Source of the DNA: Okeania sp. | GTDB taxonomy: Bacteria; Cyanobacteriota; Cyanobacteriia; Cyanobacteriales; Microcoleaceae | Assembly: GCF_035285525.1 (NCBI RefSeq) | Contig: NZ_JAYKGW010000108.1 | Coordinates: 1 to 32,000, forward strand | Direction of reading: 5' to 3' | DNA length: 32,000 bases | Part shown: positions 9,141 through 15,936 of the stretch, piece after piece | How the letters are laid out: every line of letters begins with the position of its first letter | Numbering within the stretch: position 1 is the first letter of the stretch | The notes under the pieces: model-generated | Told to the model about the DNA's origin: nothing | Seen by the model: the letters and a program-made list of their open reading frames with translations, nothing else | The model's database searches: none | Translations under genes and position numbers: made by a program

Positions 9141-9189
9141 TTTCGGTAATAATATATTTCTTATATTAGCAAGAGTTCGAGATGAATTT

Positions 9190-11091
9190 TCATTTGTCAA
9201 TTTTTGAATCTAAATAACGAACTAACTGTCCAGGAGCTAATTGATTAGTTCCAGTCGTCACCACCAAATCTCCCGGTTGCAATACCCCCCGCACCAAACT
9301 CCGATTTCCCTCCGTATGCAAAACCTCAACCATCCGTTTTTCAATCTGATAAGTTCCCAGAGGTAAGTCCCAATCTGACTTTTCCGGAGAAACCAAAGCA
9401 AAACAAGCTAACAACCCCCGCTTTCCCCAAACCAAAGCAGAAGTTGGCAACCAATATCCCGTCATACTATAAGTCTTATTAACTTCCAAACGAACCACAG
9501 TACCCGGAGCGATCGCTTGCGATAATGCTAAAATCACACTTTGAGTCCGAGTCGTAGAATCTAGCTCTGGTAAAATTGACAACACTTTTGCACTATAAGT
9601 TTTATCTCCCATCCTCACTTCCTCTACACTACCTACCCTCAAACCACTAACTTGAGTCGGTGGTACTCCAACCCGAACTTTCCTTTCCCCACCCTCCACC
9701 AAGCGCACAACAGCTTCACCTGCATTCACCACAACGCCCTCATCTAAATTACGAACCGAAACAGTTCCAGTAAAAGGAGCATAAAGAATACTCTTTCTCA
9801 AAACAACTTCAATTTCCCAAATTTCTGCATCGAAACGTTTAACTTCAGCTCGTTGCGCTTCTATCTGTTCGATGCGAGTTCCAGCAATAAGTTCATCTAA
9901 CTGACTTTGCACTTGACGCACTCTAGCTTTTTGCGCTTCTATCTGTTCCGAGCGAGTTCCAGCAATAAGTTCATCTAACTGACTTTGCACCTGACGCACT
10001 CTAGCTCGTTGCGCTTCTATCTGTTCCGAGCGAGTTCCTGTTTGTAATTTCTCCAGTTCACTCCGCGCTCCCTCAAGTCTAGCATTAATAGTATCAGTTT
10101 GAGTAGCAAATTCATCAAGCTGTTCTTTAGAAATAGCTCCCTGTTGATAAAGTTCTTCTCGTCTTTTTTCCTGAATTTGAGCTAGTTCTAGTTGTTCTTC
10201 TAAGTCTAGAAGTGCTAAACGAGCTGCTTCAATATCTTCGGTGCGAGTTCCCGTTTGCAGTTCTTCTAATTTGGCTTGTTCTTGAGCTAATGAGGCGCGG
10301 GTAGCTGCTATTGTTTCTATCCTCGGTCCTGTTTGCAGTTCTTCTAATTTGGCTTGTTCTTGAGCTAATGAGGCGCGGGTAGCTGCTATTGTTTCTATTC
10401 TCGGTCCTGTTTGCAGTTCTTCTAATCTGGCTTGTTCTTGAGCTAATGAGGCCCGGATAGCTGCTATTTCTTCTATCCTTGCTCCGTTTTGTAGTTCTTT
10501 CAAGGAGGCGATCGCTTTTTCTCTCTGAGCTATTAATATTCCCCGTTGGGCAATGGTTTGGCTAGTATCTAGTTCAGCAATAATTTGCCCCTTAGTTACT
10601 GTGTCTCCTTCTTCTATATATATAGATCTCAGTAAACCTGATCGTTCAAAACCAAGTTCGCTTGTCCGTTTTGCTTCGACTATTCCTGTATAACTTTGAG
10701 CAACTGAATAGGAGTTAACTAATTTTATAGGGATAGCTGGAACAGAAAGGATATTGGGAAGAGGAGTTTCTGAGATTGGTTCGGGAAAATTTTGTTGATT
10801 TTGCCAAAATCTGATACTGCCAAAAGCTATTGCTAAAATAATTACCACAAAGCCAAACCGAAGAAATTTTCGTTCTTTATTTTTGGGTTTAAAGTTCCTA
10901 GCCTCAGACTGAATTGGTAAAGGTTCTATCTCACCAGTTTTGGCAATTTCAGACTGAATTGGTAAAGTTTCTATATTATCAGTTTTGGCAGTTTCAGATA
11001 GAATTGGTAAAGTTTCTATCTTATCAGTTAAGACTTCTACTTTACCATTTTTTTCGTAGGATTTAGAGTCTAACAATTTTTTGTCTGTCAT
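9190..11091 (-). CDS. RND efflux periplasmic adaptor (membrane-fusion protein, HlyD/DevB-like) with an expanded coiled-coil hairpin
   Basis: 633 aa. One TM segment (LRFGFVVIILAIAFGSIRF), a lipoyl-like motif GDTVTKGQIIAELD, and a beta-barrel segment APFTGTVSVRNLDEGVVVNAGEAVVRLV. The long helical region consists of 26-aa units. Confidence 0.85.
   Translation of the reverse strand: MTDKKLLDSKSYEKNGKVEVLTDKIETLPILSETAKTDNIETLPIQSEIAKTGEIEPLPIQSEARNFKPKNKERKFLRFGFVVIILAIAFGSIRFWQNQQNFPEPISETPLPNILSVPAIPIKLVNSYSVAQSYTGIVEAKRTSELGFERSGLLRSIYIEEGDTVTKGQIIAELDTSQTIAQRGILIAQREKAIASLKELQNGARIEEIAAIRASLAQEQARLEELQTGPRIETIAATRASLAQEQAKLEELQTGPRIETIAATRASLAQEQAKLEELQTGTRTEDIEAARLALLDLEEQLELAQIQEKRREELYQQGAISKEQLDEFATQTDTINARLEGARSELEKLQTGTRSEQIEAQRARVRQVQSQLDELIAGTRSEQIEAQKARVRQVQSQLDELIAGTRIEQIEAQRAEVKRFDAEIWEIEVVLRKSILYAPFTGTVSVRNLDEGVVVNAGEAVVRLVEGGERKVRVGVPPTQVSGLRVGSVEEVRMGDKTYSAKVLSILPELDSTTRTQSVILALSQAIAPGTVVRLEVNKTYSMTGYWLPTSALVWGKRGLLACFALVSPEKSDWDLPLGTYQIEKRMVEVLHTEGNRSLVRGVLQPGDLVVTTGTNQLAPGQLVRYLDSKIDK
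9848..10040 (-). repeat. 78-bp tandem coding repeat, ascending arm of the adaptor hairpin (about 2.5 units)
   Basis: Units 9848-9925 and 9926-10003 plus a partial third encode LQTGTRSEQIEAQRARVRQVQSQLDE / LIAGTRSEQIEAQKARVRQVQSQLDE / LIAGTRIEQIEAQRAEV. The units differ at only a few positions by eye. Confidence 0.9.
10253..10486 (-). repeat. 78-bp tandem coding repeat, descending arm of the adaptor hairpin (3 units, with a 4th diverged)
   Basis: Units 10253-10330 and 10331-10408 differ at one position by eye. The third unit (10409-10486) is more diverged. They encode ELQTGPRIETIAATRASLAQEQAKLE repeats. Confidence 0.9.
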
Positions 11092-11170
11092 TGGTTTTTG
11101 CTCTAAAGATTATTTGTCATTTCAGTTATCAGTTATCATTCTCGTGCTTTTCAAATTTAGTTACAGCGAA

Positions 11171-11355
11171 AGTCCCAAGGAGACTTAAGTAATGGTGTGC
11201 ATCCATAAACCCGGTTTCTTGTATCTAGGTGTGTGCCCGTTGTCAGCTACATGAGCCAAAGAATTTATTCTTTGGCTCAAAGCTAAATTCCCAAGGGGAA
11301 TCAAACAATGGCCTGCATCCATAAACCCGGTTTCTTGTACCTAGGTGTGTGCCCT
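11171..11355. repeat. Two ~70-bp direct repeats flanking a perfect 12-bp-stem hairpin
   Basis: Copies at 11171-11239 and 11285-11355 share ...GCATCCATAAACCCGGTTTCTTGTAYCTAGGTGTGTGCCC. Between them lies GAGCCAAAGAAT-TT-ATTCTTTGGCTC (11253-11278). Confidence 0.8.
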
Positions 11356-11500
11356 TGAGAGACTCTACAGTAGGGGGGCGGGTCTGGCTAGCTCAATGTG
11401 AAGAGCTACGCGCCCTTGAGAGACTCTAGAGTAGGGGGGCGGGTCTGGCTAGCTCAATGTGAAGAGCTACGCGCTCTTGAGAGACTCTACAGTAGGAGGT
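11352..11500. repeat. 61-bp tandem repeat, 2.4 copies
   Basis: Unit CCCTTGAGAGACTCTACAGTAGGGGGGCGGGTCTGGCTAGCTCAATGTGAAGAGCTACGCG occurs at 11352-11412 and 11413-11473, with a partial copy to ~11500. It shares an AGTAGGGG(GG)CGGGT motif with the repeat at 1-155. Confidence 0.9.
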
Positions 11501-11597
11501 CTAACATTTTTTGCTTTGATATATTATAATTAAAACATACGTTTAAAACAATTGCAAGAGTAGCTAATTGATGATTAAATCGAATATAGATAGCTGC

Positions 11598-11611
11598 GTA
11601 TTCTGGAATAC
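11598..11611. promoter_or_regulatory. Palindrome GTATTC-TG-GAATAC 16 nt upstream of the TetR start (candidate operator)
   Basis: Perfect 6-bp arms. The position suits TetR autoregulation. There is no other support. Confidence 0.25.
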
Positions 11612-11626
11612 AAATATTAAGATTGA

Positions 11627-12256
11627 ATGGGTAAAAACTCAACTATTGATACAAAGGAGCGAATTATTAATGCTGCGGAGAAACTGTTTGCCTCTCTAGG
11701 TTTTGCAGGAACTTCATTAAGAGGCATAGTTCGGGAAGCGGATGTAAACTTGGCCGCCATTCATTATCATTTTGGGTCTAAAGAAGAACTATTTAGTGCA
11801 GTAGTCCAACGAGTAGTACAACCAATTATGGAAGAAAAACTACGACTATTGACAATTTTAGAAGAGTCAGACAAACTTCCTTCTGTGGCAGAAATTCTAA
11901 CAGCATTTGTCACCCCTTCCCTACAAATGCTGAAACAGCCGTCAGCAGAATGTCGGATTCATGCACAATTTATAGCCCGATGTCGCACCGAACCATATCA
12001 AGTCCAGAAACTAGCAGAACCAGAATTTAGAATTGTTCAGCAAAGATTTTTGTATGTACTGACAAAAGTGCTATCCAATCAATCTCCCGCAGAATTAAAA
12101 TGGAAACTAGATTTAGTAGTGGCAATGCTAGTGCGGACTATGAATCAAATGGAACACTCAGAAATTTTAAGTGAGGATAGTTCAGTTAAAGATAAAGATA
12201 TTGATAAACTTGTGCAGCGTCTTGTAACTTTTATCAGTTATGGAATTAGCGCTTAA
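11627..12256 (+). CDS. TetR-family transcriptional regulator
   Basis: 209 aa. N-terminal HTH region ERIINAAEKLFASLGFAGTSLRGIVREADVNLAAIHYHFGSKEELF. It is divergent from the efflux adaptor and permease genes. Confidence 0.9.
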   Translation: MGKNSTIDTKERIINAAEKLFASLGFAGTSLRGIVREADVNLAAIHYHFGSKEELFSAVVQRVVQPIMEEKLRLLTILEESDKLPSVAEILTAFVTPSLQMLKQPSAECRIHAQFIARCRTEPYQVQKLAEPEFRIVQQRFLYVLTKVLSNQSPAELKWKLDLVVAMLVRTMNQMEHSEILSEDSSVKDKDIDKLVQRLVTFISYGISA

Positions 12257-12289
12257 GAAGTAAGAAAATAGGTGTACCTTATAGTAATG

Positions 12290-12390
12290 GGAAGCGCTAT
12301 GTATCAATCAGGACTTATGCAGAAACCCCATATTTTTTAGGGGCAAGCAGAACCACCATATTTTTTAGGGGTAGAGGGCATTTGCCCTAT
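12290..12390. mobile_element. Fragments of two MITEs (right-half core of the 91-bp type, then a solo left terminus CAGGACTTATGCA)
   Basis: GAAGCGCTATGTA resembles the AAGCGCTATATGTA core of 5071-5161. It is followed by CAGGACTTATGCAGAAACC and a duplicated CC(C)CATATTTTTTAGGGG. No right terminus is present. Confidence 0.4.
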
Positions 12391-12456
12391 ACAAGTAGTG
12401 TATTGTTCAACTGTTTAACACTTTGCGTCAATCTTGTTGGTATTAGAGATAATTTT

Positions 12457-12498
12457 CATTATCAATTATCCATTATTCATTATCAATTATTTATTATG
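12457..12498. repeat. STRR heptamer array (CATTATC/AATTATC, 6 units) running into the ATG at 12496
   Basis: CATTATC AATTATC CATTATT CATTATC AATTATT TATTATG, read directly. Confidence 0.85.
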
Positions 12499-13092
12499 CC
12501 ATACAGTAAATTTACCCTAAGCAAAGCCGTAGAAAACTTTGAATTAACTATTATTGAAGGCGATCGCTTTCTACCAGAAGTTCCCCAAATTAATCCTACT
12601 GCTTTACTCAGAGATACCTTGAAAGAAACAGTACCTTGGGCGATCGCTGTGAATAGTGAAAAAGCTCGTTCTGAAGGTATTATTAATCCAGTATTATTAG
12701 AAGTCAAACGTCAGCTCAAAGGAAAAATCAGCGTTTTTTCTGGTGAAGAGTTTGCAGTACAACCAGAAATTGATTTAACTGGATATGTTGATTTTTTGAT
12801 TAGTCGTTCTTCTGAACAATTATTTATTAGAGCGCCTGTGGTAGTTTTAGTGGAAGCGAAAAAAGAGGACTTGAAATCATCTCTAGGACAATGTTTAGCA
12901 GAAATGGTAGCAGCTCAACGTTTTAATCAACAGAAACAGCAACCAATTTCAACTATTTACGGTACTGTTACAAGTGGTACAGTTTGGCGATTTTTGAAAC
13001 TAGAAGAGCAAACAGTTACAATAGACTTAACAGATTATCCATTGCCACCCGTTGAGCAAATTTTAAGCTTTCTAGTTTGGATGGCAAGGTAA
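12496..13092 (+). CDS. Conserved hypothetical protein, PD-(D/E)XK / HsdR_N-like fold suspected
   Basis: The ORF track starts at 12382, but residues 1-38 are translated STRR and repeat sequence, so I prefer M39 (ATG 12496, MPYSKFTLSK). The motif GYVDFLIS...PVVVLVEAKK fits D...(E)xK nuclease-like signatures. Confidence 0.55.
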   Translation: MPYSKFTLSKAVENFELTIIEGDRFLPEVPQINPTALLRDTLKETVPWAIAVNSEKARSEGIINPVLLEVKRQLKGKISVFSGEEFAVQPEIDLTGYVDFLISRSSEQLFIRAPVVVLVEAKKEDLKSSLGQCLAEMVAAQRFNQQKQQPISTIYGTVTSGTVWRFLKLEEQTVTIDLTDYPLPPVEQILSFLVWMAR

Positions 13093-13095
13093 TTT

Positions 13096-13127
13096 CAGTT
13101 ATCAGTTATCAGTTAACAGTTATCAGT
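13096..13127. repeat. STRR heptamer array (CAGTTAT x 4.5)
   Basis: It starts 3 nt after the stop at 13090-13092. The same heptamer occurs at 11123-11138, upstream of the adaptor gene. Confidence 0.9.
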
Positions 13128-13222
13128 AGACCTCCGACTAAAGTCGAAGGCTTGAAATACTGAGTTAAATATTTTTTCATCCCCTTAAAAGGGGAGGCAC
13201 ATATCCTCATTTTTTGGTGAAA

Positions 13223-13722
13223 ATGAATAAAATTAAGCAATTTAAACTAAGATTAAGTCATAAAAATATAGAAAATTTTACTACTCCTCCTGACGATCCT
13301 TTAGGAGAGTTATCTGACTTTGAGTTAGGGTTAAGAAAGTTTTGTTATTTAATCGTCAAGTTATTGTAGAAATTGGGCAAACTAACTTTAAGGTACTTTT
13401 ATATCCTGATATTTGTATCTTATTGGAGGATAGATTCACTGAAAAAATAGGAGAGTTATAACGGGATAAAATCATGGGTTTAGATTTCGTTGAAAGTTAT
13501 TGGTGTCGAATCAAATTTTTTCCTGTTGATTCCCAAATTAAATGTTATTTAAAAGACCTTAGTTATTATTATCAAGAATCATTAATTATCTTGGATAAAC
13601 AACAAGTTTTGACTCAATTAAAGCAATTTTTAACCGAATTAATCAATCTAGTAGTTAATCAAGGTTATATTAGTTTACAGGATAGGGATGAATTTATTAA
13701 ACCTGCTTTTGTTCAATCATAG
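13223..13722 (+). pseudogene. Disrupted hypothetical gene (one frameshift near 13335-13345 and an in-frame TAA at 13459-13461)
   Basis: ATG 13223 gives MNKIKQFKLRLSHKNIENFTTPPDDPLGELSDFELGLRK. The frame of the 13474 ORF is open from 13324 and reads VLLFNRQVIVEIGQTNFKVLLYPDICILLEDRFTEKIGEL*RDKIMGLDFVES... I recognise no family. Confidence 0.4.
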
Positions 13723-13947
13723 GTACTAAGATAGTTTTCTGTATTTCTTAAGTTAAATTTGCGTTGTTATTGGATGAGATGGTAATGTCAAAGCTTGATA
13801 TTTTCTAGCTTAAATTTCTTGGTAGTCCTGCATAGTAATGGTTAAAAATAGAACATTTTCTCTACCAAATTAAGCGGATTTGATATTAGAAAAACTTGTT
13901 TTTTATAACAGGATTTGGTGCGAAATATGCTGTATCAATTATCCATT

Positions 13948-14087
13948 ATTACAGCAGTTTCACCCCCGCGCGTGAGGTACAAAATTAGTAATTCTGGTAA
14001 CACAACCTTCCAGGTTGTTACAGCAAACGAAAGCTGTGTTACAAAGATATTTAAGTGTACCTCACCATCCTCATGCATTGCTGTAAT
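13948..14087. repeat. 140-bp three-tier nested hairpin element carrying a conserved ~35-nt core
   Basis: Pairings are ATTACAGCA (13948-56) with TGCTGTAAT (14079-87), GTGAGGTAC (13972-80) with GTACCTCAC (14057-65), and GTAACACAACCTTC (13997-14010) with GAAAGCTGTGTTAC (14029-42). The core at 14003-14036 recurs inverted at 15690-15724. Confidence 0.65.
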
Positions 14088-14120
14088 TATTCTAACTAGC
14101 TTTTTATAACCAGATTTGAT

Positions 14121-14151
14121 ATCAATTATCAATTATCCATTATCCATTATT
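14121..14151. repeat. STRR heptamer array (ATCAATT/ATCCATT x 4.4) abutting the TPR gene stop codon
   Basis: Read directly. The array ends at 14151 and the stop codon occupies 14152-14154. Confidence 0.9.
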
Positions 14152-15108
14152 TTAATACCTCATATTACCTTCAATCAAAGCTTTAAACTTAGGATTCATA
14201 TAAATATTACCAAAAGCAGTATCAGTTTTTGCCATTTCTCGATAGGGTTTACCAGCACCTAAATTAATTGCTTCTTCTAAATTTTCAATAGCTAAATATA
14301 TCTTCTCTTGCAAAGCATAACAACGAGCTTTATTATAGTAGGCTAAAGAATAATCTGGCTGAATTCTTATGGCTTCATTAAAACAAGCGATCGCATCAGG
14401 CCAACTTTCTTTATTTGAGAAAGCTTTACCTAAATTATTCCAAGCTTCCTGATAATCTTCTTTTAGTTCTATTGCTTTCTCATAACTAATAATTTCTTTT
14501 TTAGTATCTCCTAAATAAAATAACGTTTTGCCTTTAAAATTCCAAGCATAATAATTATTAGGTTGAAGTTCTATTACTTCTTCAAAACATTTCAATGCTT
14601 CGTGATACCTTCCCAACTCAAAAAATGCTTTACCTTGATTCTCCCACACTTGATATAAATCTGGTTTAATTTTTATTGCTTGTTTATACTTTTTAATAGC
14701 TTCTCGGTAATTTCCTAAATCACTCCAAATATTTCCTAAATTGTACCAAGCTTGATATAAATTTGGTTGGATATATAGTGCTTTCTCAAAAGAATTTATT
14801 GCTTTTCGATATTCTCCTAAATCATTTAGTAGAATCCCTCTATTATACCAAGCTAAATAACAATTTGGTTCCAAACTTACAGCTAAATTAAAATTATTTA
14901 AAGCCAAATAAAATCTCCCTGTTTTTTTTAAGGCATTCCCCCGATTATTCCAGGCTTGAGCGTAGTCTGGTTTAATTTTTATTGCCCGGTTAAAAGCACT
15001 AATAGCTTGCTCATATTTTCCCGATTTACTAAGATTTACTCCCAGACTATGCCAACCCTGATAATTATCTGGAGAGATTTCTATTTGTTCATCCATTTCA
15101 TTTTTCAA
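14152..15108 (-). CDS. Tetratricopeptide (TPR) repeat protein
   Basis: 318 aa made almost entirely of ~34-aa units of the form A(W/Y)(N/Y)N(R/L)G.A....G.Y.EAI..(F/Y)..AI...P(D/N). Confidence 0.9.
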   Translation of the reverse strand: MKNEMDEQIEISPDNYQGWHSLGVNLSKSGKYEQAISAFNRAIKIKPDYAQAWNNRGNALKKTGRFYLALNNFNLAVSLEPNCYLAWYNRGILLNDLGEYRKAINSFEKALYIQPNLYQAWYNLGNIWSDLGNYREAIKKYKQAIKIKPDLYQVWENQGKAFFELGRYHEALKCFEEVIELQPNNYYAWNFKGKTLFYLGDTKKEIISYEKAIELKEDYQEAWNNLGKAFSNKESWPDAIACFNEAIRIQPDYSLAYYNKARCYALQEKIYLAIENLEEAINLGAGKPYREMAKTDTAFGNIYMNPKFKALIEGNMRY

Positions 15109-15209
15109 AGAAGAAGGAAGTCAATTATCAGTTAAATCTTTGGTAGTATTGCATTGTCATAATCATGCCTGATTATTTTGTTTGTGAGGAAGCATAGTAG
15201 TGGGAGCAT

Positions 15210-15395
15210 CTTGCTCCCGTACCAAACATTCCTTTCTTGCTCCCGTACCAAACATTCCTTTTCCTATTTCTTTCAGGACTTACGCAAAGGTACTATATGT
15301 AGATTTGAAAAACTATTGCGCAATAGTTTTAAGCACTATATCTAGGGTCGTTGCCTAAGTCCTGTCTTTCTTGCTCCCGTACCAAACATTCCTTT
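15210..15395. repeat. 26-bp repeat CTTGCTCCCGTACCAAACATTCCTTT, 3 copies; a MITE lies in the 12-bp spacer between copies 2 and 3
   Basis: Copies are at 15210-15235, 15236-15261 and 15370-15395. GGGAGCA-TCT-TGCTCCC hairpin at 15202-15218. Confidence 0.85.
15274..15364. mobile_element. MITE, CAGGACTTAC family (91 bp; same subfamily as 5071-5161)
   Basis: Ends are CAGGACTTACGCA and TTGCCTAAGTCCTG. TSD TCTTT at 15269-15273 and 15365-15369. Confidence 0.85.
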
Positions 15396-15472
15396 TTCCT
15401 ACATATTATTAATTATGCAAAACTACCAAATCTTTTTTGAGTTTTATCAAAATAATTAAGTAGGAATTTTAG

Positions 15473-15500
15473 TTCTTACTTCTTACTTCTTACTTCTTAC
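15473..15500. repeat. STRR heptamer array (TTCTTAC x 4)
   Basis: Read directly. It is immediately followed by a MITE insertion. Confidence 0.9.
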
Positions 15501-15505
15501 TTCAT

Positions 15506-15573
15506 CAGGATTTACACAACATATTAAATAGTAAAATGCCCCGGTTAAATATATCGGTCTTGCGTAAATCCTG
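15506..15573. mobile_element. MITE, same family, short variant (68 bp)
   Basis: Ends are CAGGATTTACAC and TGCGTAAATCCTG. TSD TTCAT at 15501-15505 and 15574-15578. Confidence 0.8.
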
Positions 15574-15586
15574 TTCATTATAAATC

Positions 15587-15936
15587 TAAGCATTTAGCTC
15601 TTAGGATTTAGCTATTAGCAATAAAACTATATGCTTAAGGACAAGGTTTAATATAGAATCCGGGTAATTAGTTATCGTAATTTGCAGTTCAGCCTTCGTT
15701 TGCTGTAACAACCACCGAAGGTTGAACTGCAAAATTGAATATTTAAGTAGCTATAGAGCTATAAGCGTAAACTGTATAACCGGATTATATATAAATGAAC
15801 ATATACTTTGAAGCTGAATTTCGTAGCAAAATTTTGCTAGCTCAATCAACAAAGCTTTGAAGGCTCACTAAAAGTAATAGCTAATAGCTGTTAGGGCAGA
15901 TCCTCCGCAGGAGGCTATCTTAGAGCTGAATGCTTA
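15587..15936. mobile_element. ~350-bp palindromic element with ~35-bp imperfect terminal inverted repeats and the conserved hairpin core at its centre
   Basis: The left end TAAGCATTTAGCTCTTAG...AGCTATTAGC matches the reverse complement of the right end, GCTAATAGCT...CTTAGAGCTGAATGCTTA. Inner inverted pair ATAGAATCCGGGTA / TATAACCGGATTAT. Central hairpin at 15681-15733. The last 3 nt (TTA) are the GH116 stop codon. Confidence 0.55.

Noticed and set aside
5339-11091. Complete tripartite efflux system
   Set aside because: No outer-membrane factor (TolC/OprM-like) gene is present in the window, so only the adaptor, the permease and a TetR regulator can be claimed.
11352-11500. Possible CRISPR array (also considered for 15210-15395 and 28154-28205)
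   Set aside because: The repeats are directly tandem, or separated only by a MITE, with no unique spacers of regular length. Unit sizes (61, 26 and 7 bp) and the absence of cas genes do not fit CRISPR.
12382-12495. N-terminal 38 codons of the 236-aa ORF from the track
   Set aside because: This stretch is translated MITE-fragment and heptamer-repeat DNA (…HYQLSIIHYQLFI). The ATG at 12496 gives a sensible N-terminus. The antisense ORF at 12483-12707 is rejected for the same reason as other shadow ORFs.
13474-13722. 82-aa ORF as a stand-alone gene
   Set aside because: The same frame is open upstream to 13324 apart from one TAA, and it connects by a single frameshift to an ATG at 13223. I treat it as the 3' part of a disrupted gene, with low confidence.
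13915-14132. Overlapping ORFs on both strands (64 aa and 65 aa)
   Set aside because: They mirror each other across the 140-bp nested palindrome. Open frames on both strands are expected from palindromic DNA, and there is no coding signature.
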